64,000 nt of DNA from an uncultured virus (IMG/VR IMGVR_UViG_3300009181_007169) (IMGVR_UViG_3300009181_007169); one strand, 5' to 3'; shown: positions 38,001 to 48,539, counted from the first letter of the stretch. Notes: generated by a model from the sequence alone, not told the origin. A program made the numbers and translations.

Positions 38001-39806
38001 GGTAATGAAAATTATTTATTGTATGAAGATGAAATTTTTAATTCTTTTGTTGTACCTTATTCACTTGGAAACAAACAGATTAGTTATGTTACGATTAATT
38101 GTAAGCTTATAGAATTAAACGGAAAAAATCCAAGTGGAAATCTTCAAATTAAAATTTATGCTTATGAGGATAACGTAAAAACAGAAGTGGCTAGTTCAGA
38201 CTCTGTGCCAATTTCAAATATAAGTAGAACTGCCTATACAGACTTAAATATACCAATAACTTTTAATTTCGCAAACACTTTGGTTTCACTTGCCAACACT
38301 ACTTATTTTATATCTATTAAACAAAATCTGACAAATTGTTTTTTAAGTATTATAGGAGATTACACAGGCATAACTACATCAAATTACTCAATTCTCTCTT
38401 CAAATATTTATAATGATCCAAACACTTTTAATGTACCTGGCGGAATTTCAACAAATGGTTTCGATTTAGATATTTCAAAAGCTTCAATAAATATATCTGG
38501 TTTATTTGGCACAAATATTTTGAATTCTGATACATTAGGTGCTAATCTTTATCTTAGAAAAAATAACAGTTACAATGGACTGAACAATATATCTTTAAAA
38601 TTATCCACAAGTTATAATTCTACAAATGGAATTATTTTTAGTAATTCAATAAATGTTGCGTCACTATCGAGCACTTTTACAGGAATTGCATTTACTTTTA
38701 ATGATGTATTGCTTTCTGGTACAGTAATAAATTCTGCTTCATTAGTGCCATCCACACCATTAGCTAAGGACCAAACGTTTTTAAGTAGATCATTATCACA
38801 GTATGATTGTGTTAATTTAGGAATGTCTACAATAAGTCAGATTGGTTTATCAAATACATCTATTAATTTCAACTTTGTATTCAACAAGCTTTTCAATCAA
38901 ATTAGTCCGAATATTTTTGCGGCTTTCAACTACACAGATAAATCACAATTCGGATTAGCAAACCCAAACAGATTGCGAGAATCAGATCCTGTAAATGTAA
39001 TTGATGGATATTGGAGTTACAAATCTGACAATATTAACCAGCCATTATCAATTTATCCAAGATCATTTTTAAACAATAATAGTGTGATCGGAACTTCGCT
39101 ACCAGCATATCAGTACCTTGGCTTTTCACATGACATTTATGTTAATGTTGGTTACAATTCAAATGGTATTTATAATCAAGAATTGATTACACTTAACGCT
39201 TACCCTAAATGGAAAATAACATGGATGGATAGAACATTGTTTAATTATAAGAATTTTTCTTTGTTCAATATTATTCAACAGTCTTATATCGATTCAATCA
39301 ATTATTTACAGGGCTCTGCCAACACATTCATTGGTGTATCTACAGGAGTTAAATCTGCAATTTTTGAGGGAACTTTTATGCCTTCGGGTAATCTGGCATC
39401 TACAGTTCCTGTGTCAATTACTATTGGCACATCTGCTGGTGTTCAAATGTACATAAACAATAACGCGCAACCTTTTATAGATACTTTTAGCACAATTTCA
39501 ACTGGGATTTTAAATGCATCATCTACCTTAAGTGTGGTTGAAAGGTCAGCTCCAGTATCTTTCAAAATTTATTATTTCTCTTTATCAACTTCAATGGTAC
39601 AAATTAATTGGAATGTTGGTTTGGGCAATACTTTAATTAATTATAATTCTATATCATCTAATATTACTGCATCACCTGTAAGTTTAAATTCAGGAGCACC
39701 AATTGACAATTTAGTGTTCCTGAACGTTTCAAAAACATCAGATGATGCTGAATCAGTTAATAGCGGATACCCACCAGGAGACTCATTTGTAATAAGATCA
39801 TCATGA
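35082..39806 (+). CDS. Large virion structural protein (1574 aa)
   Basis: N/S/T-rich beta protein; PA14-like C-terminal strands (SAIFEGTF....GVQMYINN...ID). Confidence 0.55.
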   Translation: MTTIQKFFTNIVHSNAITYKVLDEAIGDMNKNIGVSAHFFESAAEIIGSTVTENFDLASIFSPYESEIQSNNTDALLQSLQNVKIGLINTASYPTFDVSTHISTSILNYNFGYSSTFLSGQIYSLSAIGLNKTSVISIPYSSIDFSGNQYNSHLFDVPVDVAVYGLDNFSISSGYINSNLINFEYSWSYAQPQTNLLVKLNFTNSSPTNYNLVFYWGSNDANFISTNYNINSNYKYVGTNSFINKIGIYTTSIIQTNLSSVSGRKNFWSNTVPYSLGFTTQSFVDNTAYLWAKDRINETYIDGVYSEQSQPQRYPAYENILFNSYLSSSQNLMYFYGDFITSGSKQNTSSNASYDLKNLFNTNYFSDVKVKSIEQYYKRNIPGNYMVFQQNPKKKNLQNNFSLIQLDQIVPSAFVKVIEDENLWVSFAENLPDAKNYFLSLNELKNLYLNTLDNFVADLFFGVNFNNVDSYFMGENLIVSRNTLKNFTQPYGTTDTPPLNFSEYEEKSIFEAVHIVSSKEFMVFDQGRLSLYYDYDLPENTPFEIYKPISLVCNGIDPYSQGQGLAFDYTLNLTFGYNNQNFLNKTLYLMASKYIISESDYNNRIFNNQDTIGYYWLANPDSTDYSDYSVSSINEFRLYGYSGLIPDLKDGSVVPILTKSFSPKDSTKYTYEEFIEFLRSQGITDPDDINEAVQEYLDQGNSFYTVNLDKFSNNFNSLSSISICAANYVVNQAKYWNEGFDQKFLEPAKVDDTGFTNLNATILSGIVTANTGSPPYIISNVPVGYNCKVKSITVNSFGSSLIPGGYTVWLLPPDNQKTDEQPAQIQFNVLSSGILDPSSIEILNPGGNFYFGFSTNLNVGFSTTGIGTTSANITVNLDNVAKFTATVSSSYILTNFTQSSPPAIGYNAGFKFNPKAFVGLGYSSFANIDIKINNAPTIDSFLVAPSNLQPGDLENINNFSTPNTNLSNLNFTSGNENYLLYEDEIFNSFVVPYSLGNKQISYVTINCKLIELNGKNPSGNLQIKIYAYEDNVKTEVASSDSVPISNISRTAYTDLNIPITFNFANTLVSLANTTYFISIKQNLTNCFLSIIGDYTGITTSNYSILSSNIYNDPNTFNVPGGISTNGFDLDISKASINISGLFGTNILNSDTLGANLYLRKNNSYNGLNNISLKLSTSYNSTNGIIFSNSINVASLSSTFTGIAFTFNDVLLSGTVINSASLVPSTPLAKDQTFLSRSLSQYDCVNLGMSTISQIGLSNTSINFNFVFNKLFNQISPNIFAAFNYTDKSQFGLANPNRLRESDPVNVIDGYWSYKSDNINQPLSIYPRSFLNNNSVIGTSLPAYQYLGFSHDIYVNVGYNSNGIYNQELITLNAYPKWKITWMDRTLFNYKNFSLFNIIQQSYIDSINYLQGSANTFIGVSTGVKSAIFEGTFMPSGNLASTVPVSITIGTSAGVQMYINNNAQPFIDTFSTISTGILNASSTLSVVERSAPVSFKIYYFSLSTSMVQINWNVGLGNTLINYNSISSNITASPVSLNSGAPIDNLVFLNVSKTSDDAESVNSGYPPGDSFVIRSS

Positions 39807-40636
39807 CAACATCAATTATAACCAATTTATTAGGATCCTTTTGTGAGCTTTTTTATAAGTACAAGAAAAGTTTAGAAATTGAAAATGCAAATATTAATAC
39901 TATAAGAAATTACGGTTTCTCTACATCGTATGCTTTAAATTTTGGTTTTGAACTTTATCAACCATTTGATATAAATGACATAAGGATACAACCTGGTGTT
40001 TTTACATACAATTCTAGTTATCAAGTTCTCCCAAATCTTCAAAATGATACATCAATACAAGTTAATAATTTAATTTCTTTACAAGATTTACCAAGTGTTG
40101 GCTTAGGTACAATAAATTACACTAATAAAACATTACCTTTAAAAATATCTATATCACAAAATTCCACATCAATTCTAGGAATAGCTTCTGATTTTAAAAC
40201 TAATGGCATACCATATGATTCAAATGAAAATTTAGACGAAAAAATTATAAGAGATTTTGAATCAGATATGATCAATGATTCTACCTTAGCAATATTAATT
40301 TTAGTGAATCTTGAAGACTCTACATTTGTTGGAGTCAATACCAATTGGCAATGCCAACCTTCGTCTCTTTATTCAATTAATCTAAAAAGTTTTAGGTATA
40401 ATAATGGTTTTGGTCAATTTTATTCTTTGAATGCCAATAATTCTTTTATTAAATTCAACACAGAAGTTGATTACACAATCTATAACAATCTTTTCAACTC
40501 TACTTATATGAACGTTTATAATTGGGCAAATTATTTAACTTGGAATCCAGATTTTATCACATGGTACAATTTAAATAAATCTGTAGTTCCATTTTTTGTC
40601 CAAGAGTTTTTGAATGACTATTTTGGTGTCAGCTAG
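39803..40636 (+). CDS. Putative virion structural protein
   Basis: ATGA-coupled to the previous gene. Confidence 0.55.
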   Translation: MTTSIITNLLGSFCELFYKYKKSLEIENANINTIRNYGFSTSYALNFGFELYQPFDINDIRIQPGVFTYNSSYQVLPNLQNDTSIQVNNLISLQDLPSVGLGTINYTNKTLPLKISISQNSTSILGIASDFKTNGIPYDSNENLDEKIIRDFESDMINDSTLAILILVNLEDSTFVGVNTNWQCQPSSLYSINLKSFRYNNGFGQFYSLNANNSFIKFNTEVDYTIYNNLFNSTYMNVYNWANYLTWNPDFITWYNLNKSVVPFFVQEFLNDYFGVS

Positions 40637-40670
40637 GCAATGTATACTAAAATTCATAAAATTACTTTAA

Positions 40671-43250
40671 GTGGCTAATATAAATGATTCTTTTCTGGTA
40701 AATCTTTCTCAGTCTGTGGGCATATCATATGATCTCAAAAAAAATGTTTTGGGTGATGTAACAAGCCCTAATTCTGCAATTTTTAATATTACACAAATAG
40801 CTTCAATAATGGCTTATGGTAAACCAATTTTTGGAGTTTTTGAAGATGCAAATTCTTTTGCTAGTCTGGAATTTGTAAATAATATTTCACAAATTGATTT
40901 TCAATTTAGCCAAGGCATTGTTTTTTATCAAAGAAATAAAATAATAGTTCCGTCTCAGTCTATACCTGTTAAAAATGATATTGACTATGCTGGCAAAAAA
41001 CTATTCAAATTTTATCTTGATTATAACGATTTTGATTTAGCTTCAACAATTTTTTCATGCAAAATAATTTCAATAACTTCAAATATTTTAGTTGTTGATC
41101 AATTGCCAAGTATTTCATACTTAAACAATTTTAAAACAATTAACATTAATAATTATTTATTTGGTATAGCTTCAATAAATGCAAATACACTTACTATAGT
41201 TCTGAATCAAGATGTTTCAAGTTTTGCAAGCGCAGGTTTTAATGCGAACTTAATATTTCAACCAGTTATAAAGTACATAACAACATTTGCCGCCAATGGT
41301 ACTCCGCCTGATGTAGATATACCATCTTCAGGAATTATTTTGGCTTCAGCAACAGTGGATATAAGTGGAACCAGTTCTTTGTCCTACAGTTGTCCGCTGG
41401 GGGTTATTCCGTTGTATGAATCATATCCTGAGTATAGCAATCCATCTGATTTTTTCCCAAATCAACAAGCTTATAATGCATTTTTAAATTCTGTTAACAA
41501 TTCGGTAAAAGTTTATAATACTTTACAAAAATACAGTATCGAGTCTAATTTAGTAAATAGTTTCATAAACTATACGACTAATATTACAGCGAATTCAATA
41601 AGTTTTGATGAGTATTGGAAAAATCAACCATTCAAGCCTACTTCATTATTTCAATATGGTTTGGGGTTTAATGGTTTACAAAAAACTGATTTTGATTCTA
41701 GATTCAAAAACTTTTACTACTATTATAAAAATGTAGATTTGACAAGAACTTTTGCCATTTTTAGAGGTGATATTTATGGCGGCAATGCTTTGGTTGGTCA
41801 AAATCTTGGATCATTTCCAGGGAATTTGAGTGTCTTAAATTTGATTGACTTTACAGAAAATTCAACTATATATAATGGTACGCATTCTTATGGAGTTTCT
41901 GCTGTCAACACTGATGGAGAATATGCACCAAAATTCAACTCAACAGCTAATTTTTATTTCAACAAAAAAGTAAATAATTATTTGAGTTACACATCATCGA
42001 CAATTTCTAATCTTTTATTTTTCCATGTTTATAAAAATGTTAAAGAAGAAAATGGATTTCAACAACAAAGAATTACAGATCCTTTTGAATTAGCCACATA
42101 TACAATATCAGATACTATACTTTCATCTTTAAATTCATCAATTGGAATAGGTTCATCAAATTTTGCTATTAAAATTAAAGATTCAGATTCTGTTTCTGGT
42201 GTTATTGGAGGATTGGCTTTCAACGCTTTTATTTCAGATAATTCAGCTCTTACAGGCATACAAAGTTGCATAATTGTAAACTCTGGATCCAATTATATTT
42301 CCCCTTATGCAGTTATTTCTGGAGATGGATATGGAGCGGCTATTTCGTTAACTACATCAGCAGGAGGAGGGATTGGGTCAGTCCTTATTACCTCGTTTGG
42401 TAGCGGATACATTTCTGCCCCTACTGTAACAGTTTTTGATGCTCAGACAAACTCTGGAGGGGCAGGGGCTCAACTATTTCCGATTGTGTCTCAATTGAGT
42501 TGCGGAATTTATAGTGGAACTAACTTTAGACCAAATGGTCCCAAATTATTCAATCTACAATCCATTCCAATTGCTTCTATATCATCATCTTATGTGATGA
42601 ACTTGCCCGTAAATAATGCTAATTTTGTTGGTTTACAATCTAACACAAACTATTGGGCTGTATTTAGCATGAACACTCCTTATAGTTTATCTTCTTCACA
42701 AAAACTTAAATTTATTAATTCTCAAGGATTTACAACATATTTTGCAACTACTAATGATTTTGTTACTTTTAATACATCAATAACACAATCTCAAGTTACT
42801 AAACTTGGATTTTTAGATCAAGGAAGCACAGGTACAATTACATCATCTAGAGGTGTTTATTTATCTAATGACAAAGCAGCATACCCATCTAGATTACAAA
42901 TCTTTATTCCATATTTGGATTTAAGTAGTTTGAATTTCAATGATGCTGGAAATAATTTGACGGTAGTTGGTCAGACATACATATCGACATCTCCAATACA
43001 AAATTCAATGACTGTTTATGTTTTAGCTGAAAATACTATTACAGGTTATCAAACAACTTTATCAGGCTCAGTACCTACTGGAACAGCAAGAGGGACAACA
43101 ATTTTATTGGGTGGCGTAGATGATCTTTATGATAAAGTTTTAGATGTTTTTATCGAGCCAGATTTAACTTTAGGAGTTAACTTTATAAGTAATACCGCAG
43201 TTATTAATTGGACAATTTACGATACTATTACAATAGACAGTGTACCATGA
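40671..43250 (+). CDS. Virion structural protein (859 aa)
   Basis: Contains I.N.GS.Y..P...ISGDG.GA and ITS.GSGY.SAPTV repeats typical of large-phage tail/baseplate proteins. Confidence 0.6.
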   Translation: MANINDSFLVNLSQSVGISYDLKKNVLGDVTSPNSAIFNITQIASIMAYGKPIFGVFEDANSFASLEFVNNISQIDFQFSQGIVFYQRNKIIVPSQSIPVKNDIDYAGKKLFKFYLDYNDFDLASTIFSCKIISITSNILVVDQLPSISYLNNFKTININNYLFGIASINANTLTIVLNQDVSSFASAGFNANLIFQPVIKYITTFAANGTPPDVDIPSSGIILASATVDISGTSSLSYSCPLGVIPLYESYPEYSNPSDFFPNQQAYNAFLNSVNNSVKVYNTLQKYSIESNLVNSFINYTTNITANSISFDEYWKNQPFKPTSLFQYGLGFNGLQKTDFDSRFKNFYYYYKNVDLTRTFAIFRGDIYGGNALVGQNLGSFPGNLSVLNLIDFTENSTIYNGTHSYGVSAVNTDGEYAPKFNSTANFYFNKKVNNYLSYTSSTISNLLFFHVYKNVKEENGFQQQRITDPFELATYTISDTILSSLNSSIGIGSSNFAIKIKDSDSVSGVIGGLAFNAFISDNSALTGIQSCIIVNSGSNYISPYAVISGDGYGAAISLTTSAGGGIGSVLITSFGSGYISAPTVTVFDAQTNSGGAGAQLFPIVSQLSCGIYSGTNFRPNGPKLFNLQSIPIASISSSYVMNLPVNNANFVGLQSNTNYWAVFSMNTPYSLSSSQKLKFINSQGFTTYFATTNDFVTFNTSITQSQVTKLGFLDQGSTGTITSSRGVYLSNDKAAYPSRLQIFIPYLDLSSLNFNDAGNNLTVVGQTYISTSPIQNSMTVYVLAENTITGYQTTLSGSVPTGTARGTTILLGGVDDLYDKVLDVFIEPDLTLGVNFISNTAVINWTIYDTITIDSVP

Positions 43251-44539
43251 TTTTTAATTTATTTTCATATCCTAGTAACTTTGGTAAAGTAGAGCTATAT
43301 AAATGCGATTACTATGGCAATGGGCTATCTGTTGGACAATCTCAACCTTGGTTACCTTTAAACCAGCGAACAAATATTCCCAAACCAAGACCTGCTTTAG
43401 TAGATTCTTTCAGCGTAAATATTGAAAGCAACACTGCAGATAGTTTACTTTTTGGTGGATATAATCAACCTAATTTTTATAACTTTGAAAATCGTAACAT
43501 TTCAATTACAGCTAATTTTCTTTTTTCAAATAACTTATCGGGTTGTTTAGATCCTGCTTTAGATTTGTTGTTAAATGTTTCTGCTTGGTCTTTTCAGGGA
43601 ACCAACACTTCGTATAAATTCACACACAATCCAGGGCAAACACCAAACGTGAATGAGTTACTACTTTATGATGCCTTATTCAATCCTGAGCCCCCTGCTA
43701 CAGCTCCTAAATTTAATTATTTTTTAACTAATGGGGCAAATGTTATTCCTCTGCAGTCTATGCCAAGCGATTCAGATTGGTATTCGGGATATTGGCTAGA
43801 AGTGTTTATTTATGGCTCAAGTTCTGATATTACTTTTCCTATATTCAATGAACCTATGTTTAGAATGGATACTTCAGAGGGAAGTTTTTATCCATGTATG
43901 GTCAGCTCTTTATCTTTTTCATTATCCGAAGATTATGTCAAAATATCTTGCAAAATTGTCAGTATAAACTTTGATTCATCAACAAGATTTGATTTTATAA
44001 ATTCATCTCAGAGAAAAAATAACATAAGTCCAATAATTCCTTTGCATAGGTCCAGATTAAAAATTCAAGATTATCTAAATAATGTATCTTCAGATTTTGA
44101 TATTACAGATTTAAAAACTCTTGGACAATTAAATGGTCTTTTTACACAAAGTTTAGCACCTGTACCTGTGAAAACTTTTACAATAAATATTGATAATGAA
44201 ATGACACCTTACTACGGAAACGACAACATTAAAATGCCAAGAAGATATGTTAAAGGCTACTATTCTAAATCAAGAAAAGTAACAGGCAAATTATCTGTGC
44301 TCGCCTTAAGGTCATCACAGCCAACTTTTAATAAGTATCCTGTTTTAACTAATCAAAGCAATAAAGGCATTCAAGTGTATTTTGCTAATCAAGTTTTAAA
44401 TATTCCCTACGTAGTCTTTAGACCTGGGGCGATTGATGCAAGTCAGGGGAATTATGTTTCTTTAGATTTTGATTGGTTAGCTTTGACAAGAACAAGAGAT
44501 GGGCAGCCTATTTTTGAAATGGAAGGTGTAACAAGCTGA
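43247..44539 (+). CDS. Tail-tube-like protein
   Basis: MVSSLSFSL..YVKIS, VKTFTINIDN..P.Y, RKVTGKLS motifs; start moved to the ATGA overlap at 43247. Confidence 0.45.
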   Translation: MIFNLFSYPSNFGKVELYKCDYYGNGLSVGQSQPWLPLNQRTNIPKPRPALVDSFSVNIESNTADSLLFGGYNQPNFYNFENRNISITANFLFSNNLSGCLDPALDLLLNVSAWSFQGTNTSYKFTHNPGQTPNVNELLLYDALFNPEPPATAPKFNYFLTNGANVIPLQSMPSDSDWYSGYWLEVFIYGSSSDITFPIFNEPMFRMDTSEGSFYPCMVSSLSFSLSEDYVKISCKIVSINFDSSTRFDFINSSQRKNNISPIIPLHRSRLKIQDYLNNVSSDFDITDLKTLGQLNGLFTQSLAPVPVKTFTINIDNEMTPYYGNDNIKMPRRYVKGYYSKSRKVTGKLSVLALRSSQPTFNKYPVLTNQSNKGIQVYFANQVLNIPYVVFRPGAIDASQGNYVSLDFDWLALTRTRDGQPIFEMEGVTS

Positions 44540-44913
44540 TGTTTATGTATTCAAAAGATTTTTATGAGTTTGAAACTAAATGTAGCGTAACAAAACTCCC
44601 AAATGATTTGATTATAGTGGATTATCCTAAAAAAGATAATCTTTACGAATTGAAGTTTTTAGCATTAGGACCAAGATTTGATATAGTTTCTGAGGCTTTA
44701 GAAGATTCAACATTTATAAATCACATAACAGGTAAACCTTTTGTGCGAACATCTATTCTTTATAGAAAAATTTTCATGTCTGCAATACACAGTGTGCAAT
44801 TTCCAGAAAATTTAAACATTCAACCAATTATTGTAAATCAAACCGACATTAATAGTATGAATTACAATTTGATAAAAATTATTTGCAAGGAGTGGCTTAA
44901 AAAAGTTATATGA
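44539..44913 (+). CDS. Hypothetical protein (possible tail assembly chaperone)
   Basis: Small ORF after a tube-like gene. Confidence 0.4.
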   Translation: MFMYSKDFYEFETKCSVTKLPNDLIIVDYPKKDNLYELKFLALGPRFDIVSEALEDSTFINHITGKPFVRTSILYRKIFMSAIHSVQFPENLNIQPIIVNQTDINSMNYNLIKIICKEWLKKVI

Positions 44914-46058
44914 TTATTAATCCTTCATCACTTAAAAAAATAGCTTTGGCAATTCATAAAGATCCTTATTTTTATTCACAAAATTTTTCTTATGTGCCTT
45001 TTTTAAATGTATTTAAAAATTTGATTGATAAACAACTTGTTAAAGTTTACACTCCTTCTTTTGATTTTTTTGATAAAGGGCAAAAGGGATCGCTTGAGCA
45101 AACAGCCAATAACGAAAACAATTATTATCTTGGCATGATTAACTCATTAACTTTGAGCCAAATAGATTTATTTCGCCCCGTAAACACTTACACTTATTCA
45201 GATTTTTTATCAATTGTTACAAATAATAATGTTAAAACATCAGGAAACTTAAAATTTACTGTTTTAATACCTTATCAAGAAAATGATCAAAATTCATATT
45301 TTCAAGAGTTAATGTGGAGACTCGCAATATTTCAATTTGTGCCCTTTTTCCTGAACACAAATGTATATCCAAAGAATCTGGGTGGACCCCTTTTTGTAGA
45401 GTCTTTTTCAATAAGTTGTTCTAGTTCAGATGTAGTAGTTGATGTAGATTTCACAGGAGGAAGTCAAATTTTGCCACCTGAAATATTACCAGAATATAAT
45501 GAAAGTGAATACAGGCAAACTTACAGAACAGCAAAAAACTATGATTGTGTTTTAAGTTTAAATGTTACTCAAAATAGTTCGAATATTTACGATAGTACAG
45601 CATCATTAAATAATTATTCTGTGGCTGAAGGGATAAATATTCGTTCAATGAGCTTAAAAATAAATACCCCTTTCACAAAAATTTTTACAGCAAATGACGG
45701 AGTTCAAAAATTTACTTCGGATGGAATGAAATTCTTGTCTTATAGCAAAAGAACAGTTTCAGGAAGTTTTTCATTTATTGCATCAGAGAATCTAACAATT
45801 TATTTTGCATCAGGCACTAACAAACAAATTATAATGTACTTTGGTGGTCCATTTTATTTCCCAATGAATAACGTTACGATTCAATCTTTTGATGTATCTC
45901 TGGATAGTGCACAAAACACTTTTATTCACAATGTCAAATTTGTTGCATTATTGCAGCCTACTGAAAGCACAGCTTATTATCTCCAGAATGAATTTGACAT
46001 AAATAGGGACGCTTTATATAATCAAGTAAGCGCAACTGTTTACACTAAACCACAATGA
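44910..46058 (+). CDS. Second tail-tube-like protein
   Basis: VESFSISC..VVVDVDFTG, IRSMSLKIN, KRTVSGSFSF parallel the motifs of the 43247 ORF. Confidence 0.45.
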   Translation: MIINPSSLKKIALAIHKDPYFYSQNFSYVPFLNVFKNLIDKQLVKVYTPSFDFFDKGQKGSLEQTANNENNYYLGMINSLTLSQIDLFRPVNTYTYSDFLSIVTNNNVKTSGNLKFTVLIPYQENDQNSYFQELMWRLAIFQFVPFFLNTNVYPKNLGGPLFVESFSISCSSSDVVVDVDFTGGSQILPPEILPEYNESEYRQTYRTAKNYDCVLSLNVTQNSSNIYDSTASLNNYSVAEGINIRSMSLKINTPFTKIFTANDGVQKFTSDGMKFLSYSKRTVSGSFSFIASENLTIYFASGTNKQIIMYFGGPFYFPMNNVTIQSFDVSLDSAQNTFIHNVKFVALLQPTESTAYYLQNEFDINRDALYNQVSATVYTKPQ

Positions 46059-46534
46059 AAAAAAAATTTAATTTTGAAAATAAAAATCTTGATTTACACA
46101 TTGAAAAAATTTCTGTAGAAAAAGCAACTAAAATTGATTTCAATTCAGATAGTTTTATTCAAAAAGCACAAACAATTTTTAATGAACTTTCAATCAAAGT
46201 TATTGATGATGAAAATATAATTTTTGATTCTGAAAAAAATAATTACAATGACTTAAATTTTAATTTGTGTTTAAAAATTATTCAAAACATTGAATCCGAA
46301 TTGTGTTTGAATGAAAAAGAAGCTCTACAATATCAGAATTTATGCATAGATTTTTTGAACGATAAACATGATAAAATGCCTTATGAATTAATTTTAGCCA
46401 AAGATATTTTAAATAAAAATTTAACATTTAATTTTTCAGACTATTCTAAAATGGAAATGAAAACATATGAAAAAATTCAATTAGGATTAATTATTTTAAG
46501 GGAAACAAGTGATAATAAAATAAATCAAGAATGA
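46055..46534 (+). CDS. Hypothetical protein
   Basis: ATGA-coupled ORF. Confidence 0.55.
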   Translation: MKKKFNFENKNLDLHIEKISVEKATKIDFNSDSFIQKAQTIFNELSIKVIDDENIIFDSEKNNYNDLNFNLCLKIIQNIESELCLNEKEALQYQNLCIDFLNDKHDKMPYELILAKDILNKNLTFNFSDYSKMEMKTYEKIQLGLIILRETSDNKINQE

Positions 46535-46540
46535 ATTATT

Positions 46541-46819
46541 ATGACACCCGAAGAAGTGGCTGCAGTATATTTAAAGCAAGCTCTATTGTTGGAGAGTTTT
46601 ATTGAAAAAATTAAAAGTGAAGATTTTTCTGAGGAGCAATATAAACTCATGCTTTTAATGATTTGTCAAAGATATCACGAATTGCTTCAAAATCTTGCTT
46701 TTTTCACGCCTTTACTAAATTCTTACAAAGTTAAATTTTATAATTTAAATTGTCTTGAATCTAAATTAAATTTAAAAGAACCACCTTTTGAAAAAGATTT
46801 TTTTAACGAGATTCGTTAA
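46541..46819 (+). CDS. Hypothetical protein
   Basis: 92-aa ORF ending the operon. Confidence 0.5.
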   Translation: MTPEEVAAVYLKQALLLESFIEKIKSEDFSEEQYKLMLLMICQRYHELLQNLAFFTPLLNSYKVKFYNLNCLESKLNLKEPPFEKDFFNEIR

Positions 46820-47354
46820 ACTTAGGATTTTTTTTCATATCTTCTAAGGCAATCAATAATAAAAGTTGATCAAAACTCAATTCGTCATCGTCATCTTCAC
46901 TTAAAAATTCTGGAAACTCTTCAGTAAATTCCAATTGTTCAGTTGTGGGTTCCTGATCTTCATCAAAAATGTCTAAGTCAATATGATCATCTGTGTTGTA
47001 TTTTTTTTTGATTTCTTCTATTTGGACATCTACTGGGTCAATGCTTTTTTCCAGCAACAATTCATCAATGGTCTTTTTCGAGCTGTATTTGAATTGAATT
47101 TTTAAATCTTTTGCCTTTTCTTTAATTTTATTTTTTTCTGCATTTGTCACGTCTTGATTTAAAGAAACAATAAGTTTATCTAAATTTTTATAATAAGTTG
47201 CGTCTTTTACATTTGGATTTAATTTTACTTGCTCAACAATTTTCCTATAGTTTTTTGACGCCTCTTTAATCATTCTATTTTGAATTGAATCAGCTATTTT
47301 AAAAGCGCCAATTTTTTCAGCGCATTCAATTTCAAACAAATAAAGATCCAGCAT
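46803..47354 (-). CDS. Hypothetical protein with KxA-ending N-terminal module and acidic tail
   Basis: AEKIGAFKIADSIQNRMIKEAS. Confidence 0.6.
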   Translation of the reverse strand: MLDLYLFEIECAEKIGAFKIADSIQNRMIKEASKNYRKIVEQVKLNPNVKDATYYKNLDKLIVSLNQDVTNAEKNKIKEKAKDLKIQFKYSSKKTIDELLLEKSIDPVDVQIEEIKKKYNTDDHIDLDIFDEDQEPTTEQLEFTEEFPEFLSEDDDDELSFDQLLLLIALEDMKKNPKFNESR

Positions 47355-47379
47355 ATCTTTATTTTTCTAATTCAAAATG

Positions 47380-47919
47380 TTATTTTCCTTGAAAATCAAT
47401 TTTTACTACAGATGGACTATTAAAAGCATTTAAAATAGGTTCATTATTTTGAATTGCAAGCCCAATTATATTAATTTTTACTGAAGGTTGATTTTGAATT
47501 TTTGTGATTTTTGAATCTTCAAAAAAACCATCAGTCAGTAAATATATAGAATTATGTGATTTTGAATTTTCAATCAAATTTTTACAAATTTCAAACGATG
47601 TGCCTTCTTTTACTTTAATTTGTTTTGTTTTTTCATATCCTAGTTTTATAAAAGGCAAAAAATCACGATCTTTGCTGAACTTGTTTCCAGTATAAGCAAG
47701 GAATTTTACTGAAGAAAAAAAATAAATATCAAAATAATCTTGGGGACCACTTTCTAAATAAATTTCATTGATTTTATTTAATGTTTTTTGTATATTGATT
47801 TCGTTTGATCCAGAAATATCAACTAAAATGAGATTGTGTTGAGGAGATTGTTTGGTACAACTAAAAATTAGGCTTGCTACGCTCAAGCTCATCAAAATTT
47901 TTAAAAAATTCGCTTTCAT
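47380..47919 (-). CDS. vWA-domain lipoprotein
   Basis: Lipobox-like IFSC; MIDAS motif LVDISGS and LLTDG. Confidence 0.75.
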   Translation of the reverse strand: MKANFLKILMSLSVASLIFSCTKQSPQHNLILVDISGSNEINIQKTLNKINEIYLESGPQDYFDIYFFSSVKFLAYTGNKFSKDRDFLPFIKLGYEKTKQIKVKEGTSFEICKNLIENSKSHNSIYLLTDGFFEDSKITKIQNQPSVKINIIGLAIQNNEPILNAFNSPSVVKIDFQGK

Positions 47920-48337
47920 CTATATATGATTTTACATTTTTTTCCACATCAATTATTTTCAAAAAATAAAATAAACTAAAAACCAATGGCAAACACAAAG
48001 CAGAAATAATTCTGATAACTGGAATTTTTTCTTCACCATAATATGTTTGCATTGCTAAAAAAGAAAACAATCCTTCAATTATCATAAAAACAATCATAAA
48101 AAAAATTGCTCTGAATTTTGAGCTTGTAGCAGAAATGTAAGAAGTAGCAAGAAAAACAGCAAGATAACCCACAAATAGTGCCACTAAAAAATAAGGATAA
48201 TAAATTGATAAATTTTTAAAATAACTTGGCTGTAAAATATCTGTTGCTACAAGTACACCAATTCCAAGAAATAAAGCTATTGGACTACTAAAGATAATTT
48301 TACTTATTGTGTTTTTTAACGAAGATTTCCATTGCAT
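47861..48337 (-). CDS. Membrane protein (about 4 TM helices)
   Basis: Four hydrophobic segments. Confidence 0.65.
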   Translation of the reverse strand: MQWKSSLKNTISKIIFSSPIALFLGIGVLVATDILQPSYFKNLSIYYPYFLVALFVGYLAVFLATSYISATSSKFRAIFFMIVFMIIEGLFSFLAMQTYYGEEKIPVIRIISALCLPLVFSLFYFLKIIDVEKNVKSYIDESEFFKNFDELERSKPNF

Positions 48338-48539
48338 TTTTAAGTATCAATATTTGTTCATTCATGATTTTAACAGCTTCTCTCATTTCAGCAAATTGTT
48401 TGTCAATTTCTTGTTTTATTTTAACATCAAGCTCTTCTTGCATTGAGGCTTGTATTTTTTCTTCAATTTTGTATTGTTGAATTGCTCTGTAAGCTTCTTC
48501 TTGCGCAATAGCAGTTATGTTCCACTTGTCTAAAGCCAT
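48300..48539 (-). CDS. Small coiled-coil protein
   Basis: 79-aa ORF with a TGTATAAA element just upstream. Confidence 0.55.
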   Translation of the reverse strand: MALDKWNITAIAQEEAYRAIQQYKIEEKIQASMQEELDVKIKQEIDKQFAEMREAVKIMNEQILILKNAMEIFVKKHNK

